From a virus, in IMG/VR virus record IMGVR_UViG_3300035696_001556, positions 32,001 through 96,000 of that record: DNA of 64,000 nucleotides; one strand, 5' to 3'. The notes below the pieces were generated by a model. It was not told the origin of the DNA. It made no database searches and saw only the letters and a list, made by a program, of their open reading frames with translations. Position 1 is the first letter of the stretch. Each line of letters opens with the position of its first letter. Positions 9,010-18,577 of this stretch are shown here, piece by piece. The position numbers and the translations under genes were made by a program.

Positions 9010-11133
9010 ATGCAATATGCTTTTAATAAACTGGATAAAGACAGTCTTTTGAAACTCTATACTGAATTTGGTTTCAGATTAAAAGAGATAGGAGCTATGG
9101 TAGGTATATCTGAAGACGCTGTGATTAAAAGAGTGAAGCTATACGGTATACCGACGATCCCCAGAGATAAAATAAAAGAAAACGTAGATGTCCTTTATAC
9201 AGGTAAAAAGAAAGACAAGAAAAAAGAATTAACAAACGATGAGCTGTTGCGTCTATGCAGGATTGGATATTCAGATGCGGCTATCGGTGAAATGTACAAT
9301 ATGACCGGCGAAGGAATTGCTTATAGAAGAAAAAAGGTGGGTATAGATTTATCCATAAAATTTAATGAAACAAAAGATAATGTAGCCAAATTAAAAGAGA
9401 CCCCAAAAGAAGTTCTTACCTTTGATTATTATAATTTAACTCAAGAAGAGTTTTCAGATAAATATGGTATATCCAAAGCTGTTTGGAGGCCCTATTTGAA
9501 AAGTTTGTGTATCAAAGGAAAAGAGGCCAATAGAATAGATAGTTATCCTCCTTTCAACAAAAGTCAAAGAGATCTTATTATTGGAGGTCTGTTGGGAGAT
9601 GGATCAGTAAGTCAAGGTGTTCGATACTATGAGTCTCATTCTAATAAACAAAGACTGTACATCCTCAAAAAATTCCAAATATTAGAACCATATTCTTCTG
9701 AGATACATCCTTGTGATGAAAATACCGGTTTAAGATTCTTGACTATTCATCATCCAAACTTCATGGAGTTTTATAATGTTTTTTATGAAAAAGGCCTAGA
9801 AGGAAAACTTATACCAGTTGAGTTTATTAAGAATAATTGGTCAGATGAAATTTTAGCATATTGGTTTTTGGATGATGGATACTATGATGACGAAGCCAAT
9901 GAGTTTTTTATAAGTAATCTGTGCCCAAAGATAAATCAGTTAGAGGATTTTTTGAGTTTTTTAAATGAGAGATATGGTTGGAATTTTCATTATTCTTTTT
10001 TTAAAAATATCTATAATATAATATTCTCAAAAGAATATTATAAAGATTTCGTGGATATAGTTCTCAAAGTAGCGACTCCAGATATGTATTACAAGATACC
10101 AGAGAAGTGCCTTACTCCTGTGATGGTTTCATCTGTGCCTTTTGAAGAGGCTTACTCGGTAAAACCTAAATTTTACAGATTAGCTTCCCTTGAGAATAAG
10201 ACTAAAATGGAGATTCTTCTTTTTAACTATTATAGAAAAAGGGGGTTTCCTTACTCTCGGGTAACGCCTAAAAGATTAGATTATCTTTTGAATTGTTTTA
10301 AAGATTTGGAAATTAAAGTAGAAGGCGGTAGGATCGCACACAATGCTTCCGGCATTAAGTTATGCGAAAATTTCTTTCCTAATCTATATGAATGCTACCA
10401 AAAAGGGCACAAGACACCTATAGATCAATGGAATGAAGACGGTAGCCTTCAAAGACTGATTAAAAATAGATTAGAATATGCTGATAGAATATCTGATGCT
10501 TCTGTTCGAACAGGAATAAAACTACTGTTTAACGCCGTCACCAATTTCAAGCCTATTATCGCTAAGTATCTTTATCAGAAGTACGCCAAGAACGGCAAAG
10601 TTTATGATTATAGCTGTGGCTTCGGGTCCAGGATGTTGGCGGCAATGTCTCTGGATATGGAATATGTTGGTTGTGAGCCAAATTTGAAGACTTACGAAAA
10701 TCTTCAAAAGTTTGGCGTATTCTTGGCAGAGAGGACAAAAGGAAGTTTTTTTGTTACTGATAAAGGATCTGAAGAGTTCATATATAAAGAAAGCTATTTT
10801 GATTTAGCTTTTTCTTCCCCTCCTTTTTTTGATTATGAAGTATACTCTCAAGATCCTGGGCAAAGCATAGTTAAATACTCAAACTACGAAGATTGGCTGA
10901 TAGGGTTTTGGAGAAAAGTAATAGAGAACTGTCGTACTATGCTTGTTCCGGGGGGACATTTTGGAGTATGTATAAGTCTTAATCAGCACGAGCATATGAT
11001 TAAAAAAACTATAAAATTTTGTGCTGAAATAGGCTTCATTTTGGTAGAGGAGCTCAGAGCGCCCTACAAGCAGTTATTCTCTAAGAATGAAGATAAATAT
11101 GATTTGATTTTAATCTATAAAAAATCAAACTGA
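9010..11133 (+). CDS. HTH repeats + LAGLIDADG endonuclease + amino-DNA methyltransferase fusion (copy 1)
   Basis: Three HTH-like segments, LIIGGLLGDGS and LAYWFLDDG motifs, then motif I VYDYSCGFGSR and motif IV FSSPPFFDYEVY. Confidence 0.85.
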   Translation: MQYAFNKLDKDSLLKLYTEFGFRLKEIGAMVGISEDAVIKRVKLYGIPTIPRDKIKENVDVLYTGKKKDKKKELTNDELLRLCRIGYSDAAIGEMYNMTGEGIAYRRKKVGIDLSIKFNETKDNVAKLKETPKEVLTFDYYNLTQEEFSDKYGISKAVWRPYLKSLCIKGKEANRIDSYPPFNKSQRDLIIGGLLGDGSVSQGVRYYESHSNKQRLYILKKFQILEPYSSEIHPCDENTGLRFLTIHHPNFMEFYNVFYEKGLEGKLIPVEFIKNNWSDEILAYWFLDDGYYDDEANEFFISNLCPKINQLEDFLSFLNERYGWNFHYSFFKNIYNIIFSKEYYKDFVDIVLKVATPDMYYKIPEKCLTPVMVSSVPFEEAYSVKPKFYRLASLENKTKMEILLFNYYRKRGFPYSRVTPKRLDYLLNCFKDLEIKVEGGRIAHNASGIKLCENFFPNLYECYQKGHKTPIDQWNEDGSLQRLIKNRLEYADRISDASVRTGIKLLFNAVTNFKPIIAKYLYQKYAKNGKVYDYSCGFGSRMLAAMSLDMEYVGCEPNLKTYENLQKFGVFLAERTKGSFFVTDKGSEEFIYKESYFDLAFSSPPFFDYEVYSQDPGQSIVKYSNYEDWLIGFWRKVIENCRTMLVPGGHFGVCISLNQHEHMIKKTIKFCAEIGFILVEELRAPYKQLFSKNEDKYDLILIYKKSN

Positions 11134-11199
11134 TTAATTTTCTCTCAACTCTCCCCCATAATAACCTCATATTATTTTGATCTCTAAAAAGGGGATACT

Positions 11200-11655
11200 A
11201 TGAGGTCAAAATTCATGATTGCCGCTTTCGTTGGCTTTATTTTAAGCCTAGCTTTTGGAGCCATGAATGTACAGAAATATATGGTTCCTACCAAAGAAGA
11301 CCTAGGCGTCTACAAAAACGAAATCCATGAACTATATGACAAACCGGTTTTTACAGTAGGACCAGAAGACAGACTCCTGATCATATTTGAAAGCAGGCAC
11401 TACTATAAAGTCCAAACAACGGACAACAAATCTGGGTGGGTCGAGAAACAGTTTCTGGTTCCCGCAGTCAAAGTTAGAGCCAAACCTCTTGTGTTCGAAG
11501 ATGCCCAAGTTATAGGGTATCTTGATAATCCAGTCCTTCTCTATATCATAGATGCTAACAATGTCAACGCTGATCCTATTAAGTTAGATCGTTCGTTTAA
11601 GTACGAACTCCACCAAAATACCGATATGGAGACCATAGAGCGTCAAGCTAAGTAA
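11200..11655 (+). CDS. secreted/membrane protein with SH3b-like domain
   Basis: N-terminal signal peptide (MRSKFMIAAFVGFILSLAFG); YYKVQTTDNKSGWVEK SH3-type motif. Confidence 0.65.
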   Translation: MRSKFMIAAFVGFILSLAFGAMNVQKYMVPTKEDLGVYKNEIHELYDKPVFTVGPEDRLLIIFESRHYYKVQTTDNKSGWVEKQFLVPAVKVRAKPLVFEDAQVIGYLDNPVLLYIIDANNVNADPIKLDRSFKYELHQNTDMETIERQAK

Positions 11656-11666
11656 CCCGTTCCCCT

Positions 11667-11684
11667 TAATACTCTACTATTATT
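11667..11684 (+). promoter_or_regulatory. putative late promoter motif
   Basis: TAATACTCTACTATTATT. Confidence 0.5.
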
Positions 11685-11721
11685 TCTACCCAAATGTAGC
11701 ATATCCCGCGAAAGGGCTATC

Positions 11722-12414
11722 ATGAGACAGTTGATAACCTCACGTCTCCATATTATTGCCTCAGAAATGAAGGAAAAAGGAGAAACCGACGATCTTTTCA
11801 AAAAGATTAAAGATGAGTACGGTATAACCGTATTGCCAGATAATAAGTGTGAGAATGTAAAGAAACTATATGAAGCTCTTCAGAAGTTACCAGCGCAGTT
11901 AGTAAGAGATTGTAAAATAGATACCATGGATTTCAAGGATCTTGGACCATCGAGAAAATTCTATCCAAATCATGGCAGCTATAAAAAAGGAGTCCTTACC
12001 ATAAATGAGCGCATCTTGAAAGATCGATCCATGGAAGTGGATCCTTCTGGAAAGAAAATGTCTAAATTCGAGCAGACTTATTTTCATGAGTTAGGACATG
12101 GTTTTGACGAGAAGAAGAAGGGTGAATCGAAATGGCTGAGTCTCAAAGATGACTGGACTGAGTTATCCGGATGGTCTGAAAAACCTAAGCCTAGATTTAA
12201 AAGGCTTATAATAAGGGAAGAGGGCACGCCGGAAGTAAAAGGAGAGTGGTATTATTCTCCAGATGCTAAATTCCCGAGGTTCTATGGAAAGAGAAATCCC
12301 TGGGACGATTTTGCCGACAGTTTTTCGTATTACGTAGCGGGTTTGAGAAACTTTTTACCTGAGAATAAAAGAAAATATTTTGATGATCTTCTCAAAGAGT
12401 ACAAGATCAAATGA
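11722..12414 (+). CDS. zincin-type metallopeptidase-like protein
   Basis: TYFHELGHGFD (HExxH) plus downstream YGKRNPWDDFADSFSYY. Confidence 0.7.
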   Translation: MRQLITSRLHIIASEMKEKGETDDLFKKIKDEYGITVLPDNKCENVKKLYEALQKLPAQLVRDCKIDTMDFKDLGPSRKFYPNHGSYKKGVLTINERILKDRSMEVDPSGKKMSKFEQTYFHELGHGFDEKKKGESKWLSLKDDWTELSGWSEKPKPRFKRLIIREEGTPEVKGEWYYSPDAKFPRFYGKRNPWDDFADSFSYYVAGLRNFLPENKRKYFDDLLKEYKIK

Positions 12415-13310
12415 ATACCCTCGATGAAAAAGCAAGGATAGTCCTGCAGCCTGAATCTTTTGAGCACTATATAAAGGCACTCAACTTAGAACCAATAGAA
12501 AAGGTAAAAGAAAGATTCGAGAAGGTAAGGCCTGTCAATGAGATGATCCCGTATATAAACAATGGTCAGCTGGATAAAGATCGAACAAGATTAGAGTTGG
12601 AAACCGGTAAAGTCATAAATAAGAATCAGCCCGGAAAATTTTTGGTAAACATGAATCCAGAGCTTGTGAGAAGAATGTATAAGCCACAAAATGTTATAAA
12701 CTTCTACGAAAAAGAGTTAAAAACTGTCGGTAAGAGTGCAAGCTTAGAATCTCTTAATTGCAAGATAGCAGCTATTACTCTCCTTAATACTATAAAACCT
12801 AAACTCAGAGGATTTTCAAAATATATAGCGGCTCTTGATGAGGCTTCTTGGTATCTCGAGGAGGAGCCCCGAATAAGATCTTCGGAGAGGCTTTATAAAT
12901 TAAGTTCAAAACTTCCCAAGGATAAGTGTGCGAGTCAGATCGAACGCATAAAGACAGTAGCTGCCCAGCTTAATGATCCAGGCTATAAGGATCCAGGTAG
13001 AGTAACAACCAAGGGGCACCAGACTTTAGCCCAGCTTATGATAGAGACAAAAGGGACGGTACAAGAATTTCTTAAGAAAGTTGAAGAGTGGGCTAAACCT
13101 GAGGAGAAAGATACCTATAAGGACAGAATGGTCAAGCAGATTTATAATTTTTTCATCAAGCATATGGAACATCACAAGACGGATACACCTCAGGATATGA
13201 TAAAGGTAAACAAGGAAGCGGATGAGCTCGTTTCAGAGATCATAAAAGCTGCAAGCATATCACAGCAACTTATAGACAAAATTGAAAAATATAAGAGAAC
13301 ATTAAATTAA
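12411..13310 (+). CDS. hypothetical protein, possible head-internal protein
   Basis: 299-aa ORF, ATGA overlap with previous gene. Confidence 0.65.
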   Translation: MNTLDEKARIVLQPESFEHYIKALNLEPIEKVKERFEKVRPVNEMIPYINNGQLDKDRTRLELETGKVINKNQPGKFLVNMNPELVRRMYKPQNVINFYEKELKTVGKSASLESLNCKIAAITLLNTIKPKLRGFSKYIAALDEASWYLEEEPRIRSSERLYKLSSKLPKDKCASQIERIKTVAAQLNDPGYKDPGRVTTKGHQTLAQLMIETKGTVQEFLKKVEEWAKPEEKDTYKDRMVKQIYNFFIKHMEHHKTDTPQDMIKVNKEADELVSEIIKAASISQQLIDKIEKYKRTLN

Positions 13311-13328
13311 GATCAAATAGGAGGCTCT

Positions 13329-13799
13329 ATGAACAAGCTTGTTGGGATGTTCACAGGATCTGGTAAACCTGATGAAAAAATCAGCTCCATGAGAGTGGCA
13401 TCACTTGCTGTGGTGTTTGTAGTCCTTGCCATCTACGTTGCTCAAAACATCATTTCGATGGTACATAACGGAGGGATAGTATCTCTTAGCTGGGAAATGG
13501 TCTCATTGCTAACTGCAGTCCTTGGAGTGAAAGCCTATCAGCACAGAAACGAACTTATTAATGGCAACGGTAGTGGTGGAGATGACGATGACGACGAGAC
13601 TACCACTGCTGTGCGCCCTGAGCCTACTGTGCCAGCAGCGATAGTGGCTCCACCCGGAACACCTGTAGCGATAACACCGGTGCCTTCTAACATAACTAGT
13701 TCTGGATTATCTAATGTGAGTAAAATCGCCGCAGAAGTAGAGAATCCTAAAGTCCTTTCCGCTGTAGAAAAGGTTGCTGAGATGGTGGAGAAGAAGTAA
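13329..13799 (+). CDS. two-TM membrane protein, holin-like
   Basis: SSMRV followed by two hydrophobic helices ending GVKAYQH; AGGAGG RBS. Confidence 0.55.
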   Translation: MNKLVGMFTGSGKPDEKISSMRVASLAVVFVVLAIYVAQNIISMVHNGGIVSLSWEMVSLLTAVLGVKAYQHRNELINGNGSGGDDDDDETTTAVRPEPTVPAAIVAPPGTPVAITPVPSNITSSGLSNVSKIAAEVENPKVLSAVEKVAEMVEKK

Positions 13800-13800
13800 A

Positions 13801-15243
13801 ATGCCACACGCAGGTAAGTTCAAAGTTAAAAAGAACTTCATGTCGAAATGCATGCGTACGACCAAACGTGAGGGTAAAAAACCCGATCAAAGTCTGGCGC
13901 AGTGCCTTTCGATGTGGAGAGAGAAACATAGGGGTAAGGATGCGGCGGATGAGTCTCTTGCTTATAAAGATCCTCACCCAAATTATGTGAAAGATCATGG
14001 AAACTGTCCTATATGTGGAGAACACTATGAGATGACATGCAAATGTCGATTAGGGAATAAAATATGCCCTAATAAACATGGATGGCACACATGTCCAATA
14101 CATAAAAAAGTTTTTATAGGAGATTCACACAGACTAGGTGTATTAAGAGCAGGGTCTAAATGCGTGTGCCCTATAGAAGAAGATAATTCTTTATCTCCTG
14201 AAAAAGATGCTTTCCAGAATTACTATGATCAAGAAGATGGCGGAGATGTAGCTCTACCTAAAGATTTAAAAAGTCGTAAAGATTTAAAAAATCGTAAACA
14301 AAAAGATGCTTCTGTAATAGACAGAGTCGCAGGTAATCTTGAAAAGACAATGGAGCAGGCCGAAAAATCCGATAAGCCTACAGTGTTCCTGGGAGGATCT
14401 TGCAAAGACAATAAGTGGAGAGAAGATCTAAAGGACGAGTTCAAGGACAAGCTCTTTTTTATAGATCCCTACGACCCTGATTGGGACCCCGAAGAAAACA
14501 TTTATAAAGAATTAGAAGCAATAGTTAATGCGGATCATAGTATATTTTATGATAGTGGGGAGGGCTCGGACAAGGAGATGGAGTTCCTAGATAATACAGA
14601 CAGGGATTATGAGGAGTTTGACGATTTAGAGGATTTAAAAGGTTATTTGAATAGGTTGGCAGAACCGGTAACTAAGAAAGCATGCGTTTCGGAAATGCTT
14701 AGGAGAGTAGCAAGACTCCTGGAATCCCATGAAAAATATGGATTTTTGGGAATCAAAGTACCGGATAACATAGCGAATAAGATTAAAGCCGTAGGCAAAG
14801 AAATCCCTGACAATGAGCTTTATCTCGATACCGAAGGTTATGGGTCTTCATCTAAAACAGGCCGAGAAAATGATACTCATATAACTTTAGTGTTCGGTTT
14901 AAGATTTAGTGATCCAGACATATTAAAAGAGGATTTTAAGGGCGTCGAACCTTTTACGGTAACGCTTAATAAAACATCTTTATTTACAGAAAATCCAAAA
15001 TGTGATGTGTTGAAGGTTGGAGTAAATAGCCCTGCTCTTCAGGATCTTCATGAGAAACTTAGAGAGAAATATCATCCTTCAAAAGAAAAAAGTAGTTATA
15101 TACCTCATTGCACAATTTCGTATATGAAAAAAGGTTATGCGGAAAAATATATAGACAAAGATTTCAGTGAATACACATTTAAAGTCAATGAAGTTTTCTT
15201 CTCATATGAAAGTAAAAAGACTACCATTAAACTGGGTAGATAA
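13801..15243 (+). CDS. multidomain protein: Cys/His Zn-binding region + nucleoside 2-deoxyribosyltransferase-like domain + Acb1-like 2H phosphodiesterase
   Basis: ATG at 13801 right after the previous stop; PTVFLGGSC...W...FIDPY motif; 2H motifs HITL (14878) and HCTI (15106). Confidence 0.7.
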   Translation: MPHAGKFKVKKNFMSKCMRTTKREGKKPDQSLAQCLSMWREKHRGKDAADESLAYKDPHPNYVKDHGNCPICGEHYEMTCKCRLGNKICPNKHGWHTCPIHKKVFIGDSHRLGVLRAGSKCVCPIEEDNSLSPEKDAFQNYYDQEDGGDVALPKDLKSRKDLKNRKQKDASVIDRVAGNLEKTMEQAEKSDKPTVFLGGSCKDNKWREDLKDEFKDKLFFIDPYDPDWDPEENIYKELEAIVNADHSIFYDSGEGSDKEMEFLDNTDRDYEEFDDLEDLKGYLNRLAEPVTKKACVSEMLRRVARLLESHEKYGFLGIKVPDNIANKIKAVGKEIPDNELYLDTEGYGSSSKTGRENDTHITLVFGLRFSDPDILKEDFKGVEPFTVTLNKTSLFTENPKCDVLKVGVNSPALQDLHEKLREKYHPSKEKSSYIPHCTISYMKKGYAEKYIDKDFSEYTFKVNEVFFSYESKKTTIKLGR

Positions 15244-15278
15244 TAACCAAATCAAATCCAAATGAAAGGGGTAAGGTT

Positions 15279-16406
15279 ATGGACAAGTACAAAGCGATTC
15301 AAGAGTTCAGAGTAAACTTCAGTAACGATTCGGTTACTGTAAAGCGTGGAACGACCTTTGATTTCGACGGAATGAACATCGAAGTCATGAATTGGGACGG
15401 CGAAATGAAAAAAGGCACTGCCCCGATGCTTAGAAAATGGGTCGGAACATGGTTGGTCCCGGTGAAACCGAAAGAGCCAGGGCTTTCAACATCTGCCACG
15501 GTTACACAAGGGCCTGTTACGCCTGCCCCTGTAGTTCGCACAGCATCTGCTATCGAACGCCAGGAAGTCAACGAACCAGACGAAGCCAAGGTAATCATGC
15601 AGGATGATGACGGTCTTGCAGCGATGATAGATAATTACGAGAAGAGTTCCCATCTGCAGGAGAGGAAGCACGCCACTGTCATCAATGACGATACTTCCAT
15701 AGTGAAACAAGTGAGAAAACTTGCAGGTGACAATCTTACAAAGAATACCTCAACTGTTCAGATCGAGGATTCGGAAGTGGGAAGAAGAACTGTTATCTCC
15801 AGAGAGCAACAGGTTGCCAAGAGCACTTCTTACAATCCGACCTTGGAAGCTTCCGAACCTAAGAAGCAACGCCGGGAAGTTATCTCTGACGGCGAAGGTG
15901 TAGTGGTGAAAAAGACAAGTACACAAGCCGTTTTCAAGAATGAGATCAATGAGTCCGTCAGGGTAACGGAGACAGAAAGCGGAGATACTATCATAGAAGG
16001 CGCGGTAGCAAAAGAAGTTACTTATGAGGCCTCTGATCCAGCGATTGTTACTGGATCGACGACACAGGCACAAACTGTTGGATCTAAAATAGGTTCGAAT
16101 CCTAAGAAGGCTGCAGAAGAAAAAGCCAAAAGATTGAAACAGGTTGGAGCAGTTATCTTGGATAAACAGGAAGGCGTAGTCGTTAAAAAAGTTCGTAAGG
16201 ATGAAGGAGAAAAAACTTCAGCCGAGGGATTTGTAGCCAAGCTCTCTGTTGGAAAAAATGAAGAGAAACGTGGAGAGGTTGAGTTTGGTGGAGATGTAGA
16301 CGGCATCATAGGTGGAGAAGCGACCGTCTCAAGCGGTGGACCTTCCGTCGTAGATGCTTCTGATGCGGGTGTAGATATATCTGATATCTTAGACAACATC
16401 AAATAA
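15279..16406 (+). CDS. hypothetical protein with internal repeats (GVVVKK / VAK)
   Basis: 375-aa ORF with RBS. Confidence 0.65.
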   Translation: MDKYKAIQEFRVNFSNDSVTVKRGTTFDFDGMNIEVMNWDGEMKKGTAPMLRKWVGTWLVPVKPKEPGLSTSATVTQGPVTPAPVVRTASAIERQEVNEPDEAKVIMQDDDGLAAMIDNYEKSSHLQERKHATVINDDTSIVKQVRKLAGDNLTKNTSTVQIEDSEVGRRTVISREQQVAKSTSYNPTLEASEPKKQRREVISDGEGVVVKKTSTQAVFKNEINESVRVTETESGDTIIEGAVAKEVTYEASDPAIVTGSTTQAQTVGSKIGSNPKKAAEEKAKRLKQVGAVILDKQEGVVVKKVRKDEGEKTSAEGFVAKLSVGKNEEKRGEVEFGGDVDGIIGGEATVSSGGPSVVDASDAGVDISDILDNIK

Positions 16407-16417
16407 GTAGGTTTAAA

Positions 16418-18052
16418 TTGACTGTCGCTGCCAGAAATGTTATTAGTCGATATTTCGAAGATGAGCAGGATAGTCTGGATCCTACCATTGATGAATTGGA
16501 TTTTGTCGAATATTTAAAGAAGCAGAATATAGGGTCCCCTTGGAAAGAAAAAGGGGACTCTACTTACAATCCTTATGATTACAAGGATCCTGACAGCAAG
16601 GTAAAAGATACTAAGGAATCAGAGCCTTTCTACAAAGACATCCCTGAAATGCCTTCATTCGGAAGAAAACGTGTCTTTAAAGATGAGATGCCATTAGAAT
16701 ATTGGCTTCGTACGAGAAGACAGGACGATACTCTTCCGGCACAAGAACAAGCACCGGCTATGAGTTTGGATAACAGGTATGCTTCCGTTCAGAATGTTGT
16801 AGCAGAATATTTGATGTCTCAAATACCTATCGTGGCATCTTTTAATGATCTCGAACAGGATAGTCATTCTAGAAAGTTTTATAGGACAGTAGCGTGTCTT
16901 GCTAAAAATGCAGCGACGCTTAATGAGATCGTTGCAAAGCATCACCATAAAAAGCACACAGTTGATTCCTTGGGCGCAGAGAATGTGCATGTTACGTGGA
17001 AAAGATCCAACAGCGCCGAGAACATCAAAAAGGGGTTTGTAGCTTTTACGGCAAGAAGTCCTGATTCTGGTGAGACACACACAGTCTACTTCCAATTTTT
17101 GAAGGATGATGAGGAAGATGTTACCGATCCCGACAAAGTGAAGAGTTATGCCGATATCCCGGTTACGATGGCTTGTACGTGTGAATCTTTTCTGTTTTAC
17201 GGAGCTCAGTGGTATGCTTTACAAGGTATGTACATGTACATGCCTGCATTAAGGAGATCTATACTTCCTCCTGTTCCAGAGACCAGAGTATCGAGAGTAC
17301 AAAGAGGGAAGGGATTAAACTTTAGGGTTTGCAAGCATATCCTGGCTTGTTATGACATAGTCAAGCAGTGGCAGATAAAGACTATCTTCAAAAATTTCAT
17401 GAAGTATACCCCATTGTCGAGGATCGTTAACCCTCAGCAATGGAAACAGTCTTTTGGGATGGATTTCACTTATACAAACATAATGGAATATCTGAAGAAG
17501 CCCTATCCTATCCCGATTGCTATAAAGAATTTCTATAGATATAAACAAGAATCACCAGAAGAAAAAGAGGCTCTGAAGGCTCTTAATGAGTATTTCAAGG
17601 ATAAGTGGTCCAGGAAATCTACAGGGGACAAGCTGGCCGTTCTAAAATCGTACATAAATCACCCAGAAGAGATTTTTTATTTTCTCATGAGAGAAGCAGT
17701 AGAAAAGCACGGGAATATTAATGAGAGACTGGCTAAAGAAGGCATTATCCTTATCTCTAAGACGGTAGATCCTAACTACGCTCAGGTTTTGATTAAAGGA
17801 GATCTTGAAGCTGTTCCTAAAGGTGTTCCTGTAGAGGAAGATGAAGAGAAGGGTGCGATAAAGACTGAAGAGAAAGGGATGCCTATAGTTAAGCCTCCTG
17901 AGGAGAAAGAGCCAGGAAAGAAGCTCTATAAGACTCCTAAGACTAAGAGATTCGAACCTGAAAAGAAAGAACCAGGTAGAGGAAGATTTGATGAGAATGT
18001 AAAGCACGCTCCTAAAGGAGTCAAACCTGTCAAATCTCCTTTAAAGATATAA
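16418..18052 (+). CDS. SWIM-like Zn finger protein
   Basis: CTCESF...VCKHILAC (CxC...CxH); TTG start. Confidence 0.6.
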   Translation: MTVAARNVISRYFEDEQDSLDPTIDELDFVEYLKKQNIGSPWKEKGDSTYNPYDYKDPDSKVKDTKESEPFYKDIPEMPSFGRKRVFKDEMPLEYWLRTRRQDDTLPAQEQAPAMSLDNRYASVQNVVAEYLMSQIPIVASFNDLEQDSHSRKFYRTVACLAKNAATLNEIVAKHHHKKHTVDSLGAENVHVTWKRSNSAENIKKGFVAFTARSPDSGETHTVYFQFLKDDEEDVTDPDKVKSYADIPVTMACTCESFLFYGAQWYALQGMYMYMPALRRSILPPVPETRVSRVQRGKGLNFRVCKHILACYDIVKQWQIKTIFKNFMKYTPLSRIVNPQQWKQSFGMDFTYTNIMEYLKKPYPIPIAIKNFYRYKQESPEEKEALKALNEYFKDKWSRKSTGDKLAVLKSYINHPEEIFYFLMREAVEKHGNINERLAKEGIILISKTVDPNYAQVLIKGDLEAVPKGVPVEEDEEKGAIKTEEKGMPIVKPPEEKEPGKKLYKTPKTKRFEPEKKEPGRGRFDENVKHAPKGVKPVKSPLKI

Positions 18053-18070
18053 AATTTAGATTGAAATATT

Positions 18071-18373
18071 ATGATAAGCTACAGCCTAGAATGGCCTAAT
18101 ATTGATATAAGAGGAGCCGTATTGACTGGTTTTTCTTATATAGAGAACATGGATGAGATTGTTGGTTTTATAACTGCCCGTCCAGAGATAGTCAAGAAAA
18201 TACTCTTTGCTTTCCCAGAAGAATTCAAATGTGATTTCATACCGAGTGGTGGAGTAGGAATACTGCGCACCGCTTATGTATTATATCGATCTCTCAAATG
18301 GAATGAGATACGTTTCGTAAACAGGGAAAAAACTATAGAACTACAAGTTCTTCTTGTAGACAATCAAAGTTAA
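18071..18373 (+). CDS. hypothetical protein
   Basis: 100-aa ORF in operon. Confidence 0.55.
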   Translation: MISYSLEWPNIDIRGAVLTGFSYIENMDEIVGFITARPEIVKKILFAFPEEFKCDFIPSGGVGILRTAYVLYRSLKWNEIRFVNREKTIELQVLLVDNQS

Positions 18374-18384
18374 AAGGAATTTTT

Positions 18385-18558
18385 ATGGAAGAGAACAGCA
18401 CCAGTTCAAAATCTATAATCCAAAGTAAGAATCCTAATATAGTTGTTTTTTGTTGCCCGAAGTGTAAATGTGAATTTGATGTTTTGATAAGTAAAAGTTT
18501 GGAGAAACAAAGCTGTCCTGATTGTTCTTATTCTGGTAAATTTAGGTTAATGAGATAA
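18385..18558 (+). CDS. small Zn-ribbon protein (57 aa, not in ORF track)
   Basis: MEENSTSS...CPKCKCEF...CPDC...; AAGGA RBS. Confidence 0.6.
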   Translation: MEENSTSSKSIIQSKNPNIVVFCCPKCKCEFDVLISKSLEKQSCPDCSYSGKFRLMR

Positions 18559-18577
18559 CATATAAAATGGAGGCGTT

